Below, in pieces: positions 25,184 through 37,475 of a stretch of DNA of 64,000 nucleotides. The notes below the pieces were generated by a model. That model was given only the letters and a program-made list of their open reading frames with translations. It did no database searches and was not told where the DNA came from. The stretch is from Vicugna vicugna (taxonomy: Eukaryota). The stretch is taken from NCBI GenBank assembly GCA_013265495.1, contig MU058463.1:1945523-2009522 (forward strand), given 5' to 3'. Positions within the stretch are counted from its first letter, which is position 1. Every line of letters starts with the position of its first letter. Position numbers and translations under genes: made by a program.

Positions 25184-25347
25184 GTCTTGTAATCACTGCT
25201 TTTCTCGCCCGTCTTCCCCACTACGTTATAAGCCATTTGTAGGTAAGGGCTGTGTGTTGTCTCTTTATGAACCTCCCTCTGCTCTGTGCCTGGCGCAGTG
25301 TCTGGCACAATACTGGATGTTCACTAAATATTTCCTTGTTGAAGAAA
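25184..25347 (+). mobile_element. L2 LINE 3' end (continuation)
   Basis: gtcttccccactacgttataagcc...gcctggcgcagtgtctggcaca...taaatattt. Confidence 0.75.
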
Positions 25348-25461
25348 GTATATTTCCTTAGCCAAGTCCCTGTTTCCAGGAAATAAAATGTAAACAAATT
25401 AGATTTTTATCATTTTTAAGGGAACTCAGGTACCATCAAATACAACCTAAACTAATGAGGT

Positions 25462-25612
25462 ATATATATTGCAAATATATATAAGATATTCTACATTATA
25501 TGGTATATAATATATTCTATAGTATATGGTATATAATATATTATATGGTATATGCTACATTATATGGTATATAATATAAATATATATTGATATATAACAT
25601 ATATATAGATAT
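25462..25612. repeat. AT-rich degenerate minisatellite (TATATGGTATATAATAT-type units)
   Basis: tatatggtatat recurs four times. Confidence 0.85.
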
Positions 25613-26335
25613 GTGTCACAAAATATGTATTTACTGGTTATGGCAAAACAAACACATGGAAGGGTATTGCTGTTGTTGTTAGTAAGATGTTTCAAAGAGA
25701 GACTTATTAAGATACAAAGCTATCCTTTGTCGACTAGGCTAGGCTGCGAGGTAATGAGATCGCGACCCCAGGAGGTATTTAAACAAGCATCACTTGGAGA
25801 TGTCTCTTCCAGTCTCCACAGCTTCAATTGGCCATGCTAGGATCACCAGTGATTTGGAGAGTTTGAAGAACCTGGAAGTAATCATGGACCCAGAGCCAGG
25901 TAGCAAATTATCCATGCATTTATTACACATTTCACAGTTATTTCAAAAACGCTTTCAGATGGGATGCTTATATTTCAAAGCAACCAGTATCAGAGTTAAA
26001 TCTCTACCAGTAGCTGACTTTAATAGCTGCCTCTAATACACTTGGATCATCATCGGCACCAATTACAAGGATAATAGGTTAAAAACTCTGGTGAACTGGC
26101 TACACAGTGTAGTGGAATGAGGCAGTCATCTCCCACTCATCGCTGATTTGCACAGACATACCCCCAGCCCTGCTACCAAGCCTTGCATAGTTGCCCGGGC
26201 ACACCTCTGTTGGAAGAATATATTGTGTTAGCATGTAACTTTCTATGCACTTTTCCATCCTCCTGCACTCCCGTGTAGCATGAAAGACGAGACTGTTCCT
26301 GGGCCCCCGCTGTATCCTGATACGATGCAAGCCAC

Positions 26336-26570
26336 CAGGGCTGCACTATGACTTCCTCAGGCTCTGGGCACCATAGCCTTTGTGGGCCCCTTCCTCAACA
26401 AAATAATACTCAAAATAATATTTTATGACTGTGTTGACAGAAAGAGGAATTCTATATTAAAACATTTTCTTGGACCTAAAAATTCATTTTTTCCCCCTGT
26501 GATTGTAAAAGCAATTAGAACATTTTTTTCTGGGCAAGTATTGGTGATCTTAGTACCTAATGGGTAGGTA
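26336..26570 (-). mobile_element. ORSL-like hAT-Tip100 MITE
   Basis: cagggctgcactatgactt...tgtgggccccttcctc...attaaaacattttcttggacctaaaaattcatt matches the reverse of ORSL as recalled. Confidence 0.65.
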
Positions 26571-27239
26571 CTTAGTACCTAACAGGTACTCAGTCACTGT
26601 GAGTGAATGGATGGTGATGGGGGAGGCAAAGAGAATGCAGCATGACAGCTAGTGGTAAAACACACGAGTTCATTCACACATCATCAGTTGAATCCTCCCC
26701 CTACCCCACCACATCCATTTTCACTTGAGGTCATCAGATCCCAAGAAGTGGGACCTCTGCTGTGTTTCAGGGGGCCTTGCTCTTTGGAGTGTCATCCTTA
26801 ATTTTTTTTTTTTCCCAAGTCCCCACCTTGCCTGGGACTATAAGGCACCACAGTACCATCTGGGCCAGTTGTCCTAAGCCTAGATCAGGACCCACAGGGA
26901 CCCCTATTTCTATTCCTCTTCTTTGAGATGTTCTCTAACCCCTTAATCCACCTCTTCCAAATGAAAAGCCCCAGGAGTTCCAGGATTTGTGCCTGAGAGG
27001 TAGTCTGGAAGTTCTGTGGCTGGGACAGTGTTCCAGGACATTGACCTGGCAAGGAGCAGATCACTCTCATTGTCCAGCACAGCAAGTAGGCTGCCAGAAC
27101 AGTACTGCTGACATGCAGATTTGGACAGATCCTTACTCACATCAGGCAAAGGGCAATTTCAGGCTTTGGCTAACCCTCGGGCTTGAGGAATGTTCACATG
27201 TGCCAATTACAGTATCGTCTTGGGTCTGCAGCACCAAGG

Positions 27240-28390
27240 ATGGCAGGGTGGTGCTGGCGTGTTTTACCGGGTGTGCCCCTGCCTGCCCCATGCAGGCACC
27301 CAGGAGGGTCACCCCACCCCCTTCACAGCCCTACACCACGTGGGAGGCAGTCCTCCAGGGTGGCCATGCATATCTCTTCCTGGGACATTCATTGTTCCCA
27401 GTACCAACAGGCCCTTCCTGACCATGTGGTGACAGTGTGCTCTCTGGGTTGATCTTAAACCAGGTGAGGAACACATTTTCCTTGCTGGAACCACTTTGCT
27501 CACTCTATCCATGTCCTTTGTGTGTCCTTCCTGCTGGTGACCATGTGTGGAAAGCAAGATGATGGTCAAATTAAAAGATCTCTGAATGCAATGATTATGA
27601 TTTAATTCTGGATTAAGAATTCAAGAGATGACATGGTTGGAAGATGCAGTTGTTCTATGTCTATGCTACAAATTTCTGGACAATAAATTCTGGGTGACCT
27701 GAAACTGAATTACTCTTCACATTTTCTGTGTAACTCTGAAAAAGACTTGCATTTGTGGCCATCATCACTGAAGCCCAACAACTGCCTTTGAGAGAAATGT
27801 GTGAAGCCAGTATGTGTGAACAGTGGGAACGGTAGCAGGATGCCTGATACGGGCAATAATGATGAGATCAACTTCAAATACAGGGAATAAATGGTACTGA
27901 GGAATTCTAGAGGCAAAAAGATCAATGTTTTTTAATATACAAACTCATGGTACTGTGAGTTATAACTCCATTTCAACCTTATTCTCATGGTGGGAATTAT
28001 TACAATTAAAAATTAAGAATATGAAGTGGGGAGGGTAATAGCCCAGTGGTAGAGCGCATGCTAAGCATGCAGAAGGTCCTGGGTTCAGTCCCCAGTTCCT
28101 CCATTAAAAACAAACAAACAAGCAAACAAAAACATGAAGAGATGATGCCTGGTTCTGAACAGAAAGAGATAAAATCTAAATACTACACAGAACCTTCCTG
28201 TTCTCTGATTGGACAATACATAAATAAATTCATAAGTACCTCTCCTCTACTTACTATTATAAATCTTCATTGATAAGGCACTATACACAAACTCATGAAT
28301 ACTGTAGTAGATTTTTTAAAAATAGCCCTTCTATAGACACAGGACTTGCCAAAAATAAATATTTGCCTGGGGATCTGCACACGCTACAAT
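27240..28390. mobile_element. possible degraded hAT-Tip100 (Zaphod/MER115-like) remnant interrupted by a SINE
   Basis: GC-rich left end and tttgcctggggatctgcacacgcta right end resemble Tip100 termini; weak. Confidence 0.25.
28028..28130 (+). mobile_element. tRNA-derived camelid SINE (Vic-1-like)
   Basis: ggggagggtaatagcccagtggtagagcgcatgctaagcatgcagaaggtcctgggttcagtccccag; A/B boxes, (CAAA)n tail, imperfect TSD aa(t/c)atgaag. Confidence 0.9.
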
Positions 28391-29827
28391 GTTGTTAAGG
28401 TGTCTTTTTCTGACTGAGGAAAAATAGTTGGAAGGACCCTTCCTTCTTTCTATGAAATATATTTCTGCAAGGATGTCAACTGTATGACTCTTGCCTTGAT
28501 TTCACAAAAACTTTAAGGAAGAGGACTACGGAGCAGGAGGGACCGTGTAGTTAACACATCAAAGCTGTTTGCCTCCCATACACACTCACACACACGGCTA
28601 GTGACAAGTCTGCTTCAAGCCTCCAGGCCTCAGTGGTTTATCATTTTCATGGGAATTGCCAGAAGCACCCCCAAATAACAGCAGCTCTTTGAAGAATTAT
28701 AGTGAAACTCAAGCCCTGTTGGAAAGATCTGAAATTTGTGCTCTCCTGGTAACGAGAAAATGCTTTCTTTTCCAGGTGTCACTAGAAGAAATTTAGTCAT
28801 CACTACGGTTGCTCCATTTTCAAAGAATCGGGGGTGGGTCACTTCATTATCTTACACTTAGCTGAAGCATGCAGACACTTCAATGGGAAGTGGAGAATCC
28901 TTAGATGAAGAAGCTAGCACCACATGCTTCAGAAGTGCCTAAACGTGAGTCCAATAAGATACCACTATTTCTGGCACTTCCCATCCCATTTTTATTTTTC
29001 ATTCACGTGAAAAGAGCATTATGTCAGCCAAGAGAAAAATCAGAAAAATACCGCTGTTTAAAAACAAGATTCTGTCCTGATGAGAAGAGTCAGAACAAAT
29101 GAAAGAAACATACTTTGATCTTTGCAGATTTCCATTTGATGATTTTATGGTAAGACAGACAACACAATACGAAATAGGAAGGGGGAACAGAGCACTTGTT
29201 AATTAGCAAATTCCAGAAGCCCTCTGCAAATGTCATTAGAACAGTGACGGGTCTGCAGGAAGGTGGTATAAGTATTGAGTTTGAAGGCAGAGTGCATGCC
29301 ACCTCACATTTCTGATCCTAAAACCCAGCTGATTATTCCAAATAAAATGTGTATATTTTTGTAATCATTGAGATTTCACTAGATTCAACTACCCTTAAAG
29401 TACTGAGAAGGGGGATGGGCTAAGTCATTTGTGCCATCGTTTGCGGATAAGTTGAGTCAAGAAGATGTAACATCAGCAAAGAAGACGACTTGAGCTGCAC
29501 ATAGTGTGTCAGGGTAAGCACTTGTAACTTAACAGGAGAGACTTGAAGAAACTAGAAGCTGGGCTTGTTTCTAACAATAATGTTCAATAGAGAATCAAGG
29601 CCCTACATAGGCGAGGGTGGTTATTAATTCGTTTCTGCAAGACTGAGGAGAGGATGATGTAAGAACCAAGATGTGACGGGTAGGTAAAAGGACTTGGTTC
29701 AGGATGAGGTAGGCTATATTTTTATGAGGAAGTGAGACTATGAACGGTAGTAAGATCTCCAAATTTAATGTATAATAGAAACATGCAAGGGTAGAAAATA
29801 ATTTAGAGATTACCCAGTCAAGATGTC

Positions 29828-30191
29828 TGTGGTAGACAGAGCAATGCTCCCCCAAAGTTATCCCCCCAACTTGTAAATGTGCTACTTTGTGTGGCAAATG
29901 GGACTTGGCAAATGAGATTCAGACTCTTGATAGGGGATGAGTGCCCTAGATTATCCAGGTGGGCCCAGTGGAATCGCAGGGGCCTTGTAAGAGGAAGGCA
30001 AGAATGTTAGAGCAGAAGAGAGATCTGAGGATGCTATTAAAGCCGCTGGCTTTGGAAGATGGGGCAAGGGGCCATGAGCCAAGGAATGCAGCAAAACTCC
30101 AGAAGCTAGAAAAGGCAAGAAAACAGATTCTCCCTCAGGGCCTCCACGAGAAACACAGTCCTGCTGACACCTCGATTTAAGCCCAGTAAGA
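29828..30191 (+). mobile_element. MaLR LTR (MLT1D-like), 3' truncated
   Basis: tgtggtagacagag...gattatccaggtgggccc...ggccatgagccaaggaatgc...aaggcaagaaaacagattctcc. Confidence 0.9.
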
Positions 30192-30519
30192 TGTATCGAA
30201 GCAAAAGAATCTCATGATGAAGACATGTTTTCTTTTTCCTTTTTGCAGAAGGGATATCTGTAGAAAAAAAAGGGATAAACTGATGTTTTAAAATTATTTG
30301 TGGAAGAGTGAAGATTACATGAAGAAAGGGTATATGAACACAAGAATGGCCCCTGACTAAAATATGAATGCATTTTTCACCCCTCAGAGATTTCCTGTCG
30401 CCCACTGAACTATCCGCTCCCCTTTCCCAAGGTGGCAACTTGACCTTTATAGCACAGTGCCCAGCAAAGAAAAGGCTCACTCCTATTTGCTGAGGGGGAT
30501 AATAATAAAAAGGGCCTAT

Positions 30520-30715
30520 TCGTATTTTAACTATATTAAATTATTTAATTTCTACTACAATACTTCCAGGTGGATATTAGCATAATCACTCATATTTTGT
30601 ATAATAAAAAACATGAGGCACAGGTAGATTTGGGGACGTGCTGAAGGCTACAGACCTGGGACTGGAACGCAGGCATTCGGAGTCTAAAGCCCTGGCTGTT
30701 GCCTGCTGTGTGCTA
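30520..30715 (-). mobile_element. MIR SINE
   Basis: catgaggcacagg...ctgaaggctacag...gggactggaacgcagg...gtctaaagccc. Confidence 0.6.
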
Positions 30716-30948
30716 GTCCTTTGCATCTTAGGCAGCGAAGATTTCAGCCTCCGGTATAGTCAAGGGGTTGCGTAACTGTTCACAGCCGGGAAGCAAATCA
30801 CAAAGGGAGCCGAGAAATTCTGCATTCACTCTGCCTCGTTTCCTTTCAGCAACACAGTTTTATACGTGGGAAATACATCCCCCCACTATCATGTGGGTTA
30901 AAATTGCACACGTTTTTTAAAATGTGTAGTTTTAAAAACATGCAGTTT

Positions 30949-31125
30949 ATTTATTTATTTATTTATTTTTAAAGATTACTGTTTTCTTTTTAATGGGCTT
31001 GATTTTATTTATTTTATTTTTTTTGCAGGGGGGAGGCAATTAGGTTTATTCATTTACTTTATTTTTGGAGGAGGTACTAGGGACTGAATCCAGGGCCTCG
31101 TGCACTTGACCTAGACCCTCCTCCC
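30949..31125 (-). mobile_element. tRNA-derived camelid SINE with internal deletion
   Basis: ggaggtactagggactgaatccagggcctcgtgca...; 16-bp TSD taaaaaca(t/c)gcagttt at 30933-30948 and 31126-31141. Confidence 0.85.
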
Positions 31126-32149
31126 TAAAAACACGCAGTTTAAAATGTCATTTGTTGTTGTTGTTGTTGTTGTCCTCGTCGTCTTCACCTAATCCTTTAG
31201 GTGTGGGAGGATTTCCCCACAGAGGCACATTCTAGCTATAGGCAAAGCTCTGAGTCAAGTGAGCGTGCAGCTAGAAATGGAGGCTGAATTGCAAGATCGG
31301 GAGTCTGACGGGTGAATCGGACACCAGACCTCCATTAGGCTGTGCTGCAAGAACAGGGTTCTTTCCTCTGTGACTCTTACTTAAAGACAATTTTTCTGAT
31401 TTTTCACGACTTGTTTTTCTTATTGTGGAAAACATTGCCCTTCTTCTGGGCTACAGGAAGTTTATTTCAACATGAAACTCATCGATTCATCCCACTGGGG
31501 GATCGCTGTGACCAGCGTGACATCGGGTGATGCCATCTGCTTGTGATCTGCTTGAGTGGGTGGTGCTATGGAGAACAGGCTTGTGAAAGTTACTGTGTCG
31601 TTTGCTATGGTGATGTCACCAAAGATATTATCTTTTTCCATCAAATTATCCCCATCTTGAGACACAATTCTTTCTGGCTTTAGAATTAACAACATTCCTG
31701 CTTAAGAACATTTTTTTTAAAACTATTAGGTTGCTTATTTATTATGCACTGTCAGGAGAACTGTGTTTGCTTTTTAAAGGGAAGTTAAACCTTAAGGCAG
31801 AAGAATGAGGCTGGGAAGTTGGAACGTCATTTAATTTGTCAGTGGGCGGGACAGGAAATTGGGAGGTCTCTTCCTTCTTATTTCTGAAGTAAACTTAGCT
31901 TTGTCATACGAGGTGCTGTATCTCGGAAAAGTGATGCGCTGTTAAATGATAATGAAACCCCCCAAAATAATCTAGCCACATTGCACAAAGTAAGACAGCT
32001 AACAGAAGGACAACAACTCCGTCAGACATTTATTTTGTAAATTTTCTTCAGAAACCAAAAGAAGGTAATGGATTTTGAAGCTAGAATGTTTTAGTCTGCC
32101 CTAGCCCACACTCTACGAAGCCAGCACCCAACAGAAAACAAATCAGGCT

Positions 32150-32785
32150 GGTCAGTGTGTAGAGAAATCTAAATTATTTAAATTTTCCTTGAAGGGTCTG
32201 TGCTACTGTATATATTCTTAATAGAGTGGAATTCTGTATAGTAGAGAGATACTTACCTTAGAGTAATTCATACACATGCACAGAGATATGCCCAGGAATA
32301 TTCATCACACCATTACTTGCAAAAAGGAATAAAAACTGAAAACAACCCAAATGCCCATGACCATGAAACTGGATAAATCTATTGTGGTTTATCCAACAAA
32401 CTGAATACTATACAGCAGGGAAAATGGATGTTACAGTCACATACCTCAATATGGATGAATTTCAGAATCCCAAAGATGAGGGAAAAAACTAAGTCATCAA
32501 AGAACACATACTACAGGATACTATTTGTATAAAGGCTAAAAATAACCAACAAATTTTAAAGTTTGGATATACATAGATCTTTCATAAATTGATAATCAAA
32601 AAGCACAAAAATGATTCCTGTTCCTGGGTGATACAGAAAGACAAGCAGAGATGGAGAGGCGTACAGGAGATTTCAGCTGCATTGGTAATGTGTTATTTCT
32701 TAAGCTGGTTACTCATGCTATCATTCTTTGTATCTTCCACTTATCTGTATGTACACTTTATGAGAAATACTTCATTATTTTAAAA
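32150..32785 (+). mobile_element. ancient L1 (L1ME-like) 3' region
   Basis: aaactgaaaacaacccaaatgcccat...gaatactatacagcag...atatggatgaatttcag. Confidence 0.8.
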
Positions 32786-32808
32786 ATTGGTGGAACCAGG
32801 TAGCCTGC

Positions 32809-33132
32809 TTTGGTAGAAACCAACTAGGTGTTTGCCAAATTGTTCCCTTTGTCTTTCCGAGCACATAGCTGGCTTCCATCTTCCAGCCCTCCGTGCAGTT
32901 AGGCATTGCCCTGTGATGAGTTCTGGATCAGGGACCATGGGCAGAGAAGGCCCAGAAAGGCTGCCATGCACCTGCCACACTGCTTCCTTTGTGCACCTGC
33001 TAATCGGAGGTGGAGAGTCCAGGGCAGCAGGCCTCTGTGGCCCGCATGGTAGGTAGCAGAACCCCTAACTGTGTTGTGAGCCACTGAGGTTTGTTGTTGT
33101 GAGCCAGCAACTAGCTTATCCTGCTCAATGCA
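32809..33132 (+). mobile_element. MaLR LTR (MLT1J-like)
   Basis: gcacatagctgg...ttccagccctccgtgcagttagg...gagttctgg...agccactgaggtttg...ctagcttatcctg. Confidence 0.7.
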
Positions 33133-34572
33133 CCTGCTATAAAATGATGACCATTCAGCCTCTGTCTTCTAAATGAAATGAAATAGTTTAATAAACTCAG
33201 AATACGAATTAAAGTATATTCTAGAGAAACTAAATCCATCTCTCTTTGGTGATGAGGAACACCAAGATTCAAACCCATCTATGAAGCTGGGGCCAGACGT
33301 TTCCTCCCCTGCAAAACAAACCAACAAGATCTGAAAGAAAGGCAACCCCACTTTACAAAACAGATAAGAGCTTTCATTTAGTTTCTTGCTTTCGGGTCAG
33401 TGTGTGAGACAAAGACAGAGCCACCATCAAAGTGTAATTTAGAGACCAAGCGTTCAAAAAGCACCAAATGGTGGGCGCATGACAAACATTCCACAGAAGG
33501 ATTCCAAGGAAAAGATAAACCATGCACCCCCACAACCCTAGCTGCAGAAGGTGACATTTGGAAGTGAGTAATAGCAGAAGCTGCATTTCAGGGTTACTTA
33601 TTTTATGCCAGGAGTTCTCATTGGCTTAAGAAACACATTTAATCCTCATCAATGTGATAGTTCTGTCGTCATCGCTGGATGGATGATGAAATTGATGTAC
33701 AGAGAGTAAGTACAAGGCTCGAGGCTCTCCAGTCACCTGTCTTAGACTATGTAAGGGAGCAAAAATGTGACGCTTACAAAATATGTGATAGTTATTTCCC
33801 CTTAAATGTATTTGTTATACAGAAACCCCTGTCCTCCTTGAATTTTCTCTTTAAAATTCAGTGGGGTCCCAGCAGTAAATTACAAACACCATTAACTGAA
33901 AGTAGTAGCGATGACTGAAGCCCCGCTCCACCCTGGAGAGGCCCAATAATAGGAGGCAGGGATTGAGGGTTCAGCAGAGAAGGAGTTTTAAGCACTTTCT
34001 CATCTTTCACCATCCCTCTTGCGACTGCTTTTGAAAATTATCAACTTTCTCTGGAGCATGTTTTAGAACCCCTCATTTTAAGACAAGAAAAACCATTAAT
34101 GAACATGTCTTGTCGGGTGGGTAAAGTTCCATTAGACACAAAATAAGGCTGGCGTCTCTTGGGAAACAGGGTCCCCACGTCCAAGTTCCTGTGATGCAGA
34201 ATAAAACATAAACCTGTCAACTACTCCACTGGATCAAAGAAAAAGATCAATATCCTGTTTTCCTGAACCATGGAACTGCTAATTGCCTTTAAGTGAGTAA
34301 TATATTTCAGTGACATCAGATGAGCTAATTGCCTTCCTTTTCTTCTCAGAAGCCTGTTATAAGGCAGGGATGGGAAGGAGCCCCTGCTTTTACTAAGATT
34401 GCTTTAAGAAAAGTATAAACCAAAGAAGTGAGGAGAGGAAACAATGAACAACAGAGACCTAAAATATATAATTAAAAAGTGGGAAAAGATCCAGCATCTT
34501 TTGGAAACGTCAGGAGTTGAAAATTATCAGAAAACGTGTCCAGGGGTCCCTGCCACCTTTGCCTTCCCAAGT

Positions 34573-34745
34573 AATAAAGCTAATCCAAACAAGGGCTTGT
34601 TCTTTTGCAGGCACTGCTATATACATTTTACATATATTATCTCATTTAAACAACCAAGTTAGATGAGCGCTATTCATGTCTCCATGTTTTAGGAGAGGAA
34701 ACAGAAGCACAGAGTTTAAGGAGTTGGTACAAGGTCACACAGCTT
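34573..34745 (-). mobile_element. MIR SINE
   Basis: tattatctcatttaa...gaggaaacagaagcacagag...caaggtcacacagct. Confidence 0.75.
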
Positions 34746-35279
34746 TGAAGAGACACAGTTAATATTTTAAAATGCATGTGGGTGCAAACACTGACCCACC
34801 TGTAAGCAACCATCCCCGGGTCTGCTTTGGTTCCTTTGCTTCAATCATCACATCTTCTAATGGACTTAATGAGCGCTGGTGGTGAGGAGTCCAGGTAAAT
34901 CTTTACCGGTTATTCTGATATGCAGATCTCGAGCAGGTTCTCTGGGGAGAATCCTCATGAGTCAGTATAAAGAGAATTATAGCAACAGTGGAAGGAGCAG
35001 GAGGGGCTGCCGGAAGTCCTACCAGATGGTATGATATTGTCAAGGAGCACTGACTGATCTCTTGTGCACCATCTGGAGAGAAAACATGTGAGTGAGAGAG
35101 AAACAGAGGATGCCTGCACGCGTGTGAGAGATGAGAGAGGAAATGGGGATGAGAAAGGACAAAAGGTAGGAAGGATGATTTTACAGTGATTTCTAGAAGG
35201 TTATGAGCCATACCACAAATAGGCCAGTCATTATATGAATTGTATGATTCTTACAGAATAATAATATCATAGGAAACTA

Positions 35280-35442
35280 AAAAGATCAACCACTCTAACT
35301 GCTGAAGTTAAGAAAAGTAAAGTTACAGTGCATGAGGCAAGTTTTTTTTTTTTTAATTTATCCAGCTGGTTAACACCAGAGCCGAGAAAAGAAATCAAGT
35401 TTCCTAACTTAGAGTTTATTGCTCTTTCCATAACCCTGTGCT
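35280..35442 (-). mobile_element. MIR-family fragment
   Basis: cagctggttaacaccagagccgaga...tttcctaact...tgctctttcca. Confidence 0.5.
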
Positions 35443-37357
35443 ACAATGGCTAAGAAACAATGTCAAGTTTTCATTATCAGTATCTAAATTTAATATGAGC
35501 CACAGGCAGCAAAGTCCATGGCTTTTAGATTGCTTTCCTCCATCTGTGTGAAGTTGCTAATTACCTGCTGTCAATGGAAACAACCCTTGTAGGCAGCTGA
35601 AGAAATGGATTGGAAACACGGGTTTGAAGTCACGTTAAAAAACACAGGTGTTGCTTTGTTCAATTAAAGCCTAACAAGAAAGTCAGTGGGATGAAAGAGT
35701 GGAAGATGGGAGAGGAGAAGGAAAGAAACGACGTCGTTGTCAGCTGGGGTTGTCGGAGGGAGGAGAACAGCGAGAAACGAGGTCCCTGAGCACTTCCCAG
35801 GAGGCAGTTTACAAAGCTGAGGATTTTCAGGACTACGTTTTGTCCATGAAACAATGTACATTTCAGAAAAATAATTTATGAAAAGATTTCCCATTTTCCT
35901 CATCTTCAAAAAATGTAGCTAGGAAGTCGTGTTAGTTGACTTCCAATGAAAGAGAAAATTAGATGCTGATTGAAGCAGGCAACAGATTATAAAGTTGAGG
36001 AGGTTGGGGGTTTTGTGTTTTTGGAGGCGAGCAAGGGATAAGTTCTAATTAACTTTTGAAGGTTGCTATTCATATACTGTAGGCACTTCACATGAGCTGC
36101 CATAGTCAGCACTAAAAACTGTCCCTTTGGTTTGTTTTTAACAATGGTACTTCACTTTGCAGAAGTCTTATACACAGTAGGCAGTGTTCCAAAGTTAAAG
36201 CATCTCTGGGACTGATGACTCTTCACTTGAGCCCTGTCTAATTCTCCTAGTCCAGTCAGGAATTCCTAACAGCAGCATTTGTTTTGATGACTAATTTTGC
36301 ATATTCCAAGGCAAGGAATCCTCAGGCCCTGAAGAATTTATTGAAAGGCCCTGAGAGACGCATGACTTAAACCTTCAGGAAGCTCTTTGTCCCCTTTCCC
36401 ATCTCCATCATCTTTAAATCCAGGTACAATTGTAGTAGGAATTTGTTCTTTGAAACCCCGCAGCAATATTCCCCTTCATTTCCATGACAACAGCTCCCTA
36501 TCGGCTTCTGAAGGAACTTGCCTGTATTGTAAACAAACCTCTCTTGGCAATTGGCCTGTTTTCTTTCTCTATCTCCCCTTCCATCTGCTCAAAGGCTTTG
36601 CTTCAAAAAGAAATAGGTTGCAGGTGTGGACTTTTTCTTTCTTCACCCCCCACCCCCGTTTGTTTCTGAAAGAGGTCGATCTCGGAGATTAAAATTCTCT
36701 TAACCAGTGACTTAACAAGCTCTCTGGGGAGCCTGAGTACCTGTGTGTACCTGCGCACCAATATTTGGAGCGCATCAACTTTTGGCTTGCCTAGTTTCCT
36801 TTTAACACAAGCCCCTTCAGAAATAGGAAGCTGACTTACACAGTTCATGTAGTTAGTTCTAACTGCAGGGAAAAAAAAAACCCAAGAACTATTTCGTGGC
36901 AGCCAAAATGAATCCGAAATACATTTTTTTTAGGCCCTTTTTCATGAATGACCAAAAGGTGTCTATTTTAGACATAATTTAATGACAGAAACAGGACCTT
37001 ACCAGTAATCAAGGTGAGAAATGAAAAGAAGCATTTTGTTGAAAAAAAAGAAAATGTCATATGTTTAACTTGAGATTCCATGACCTCAAAATGGCATACA
37101 GTTTTATCCTCAGGACTTGGAATGTAGGTCAGTTATTTGTCCAGTAAAACAAACATGACATTTTCGTAAGCTGATTTACTGACACTCTTAACTCTTTTTT
37201 AATTCAATATCCCAGCTATTTGATCAAGTGACTACTAATCTTTTCACCTTTTTAAAACATATCCTGCTATTATCCAATTATTTGCCAAGTGACAAAAAAC
37301 AATAATTATTCACGACAAAATGCCTTCAACAATTAATATCCAGGAAGATTTCAGAGG

Positions 37358-37475
37358 TGCTAGTTTATTGTAGAGAAAAAGATTATCTGGGGTTTAAAAT
37401 TTAGCTCTGATACTTAATAACTATGTCCTTAGGCAAGGTACTTACATTCTCTAAATCCATTTTTATGTAAAGTTT
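37358..37475 (+). mobile_element. MIR fragment
   Basis: gctctgatacttaataactatgtccttaggcaaggtactta. Confidence 0.55.

Noticed and set aside
24511..25308. Cluster of overlapping 70-140 aa ORFs
   Set aside because: Explained by locally high GC in L2/LTR sequence; no recognisable protein features
28028..28100. tRNA-like sequences (also at 20720, 31070, 51750)
   Set aside because: They have A-rich tails, TSDs and degenerate stems, so they are SINE heads rather than tRNA genes
29959..30180. Protein-looking 73-aa ORF (KPLALEDGARGHEPRNA...)
   Set aside because: Lies entirely in an MLT1 LTR; a common translation artefact of that repeat
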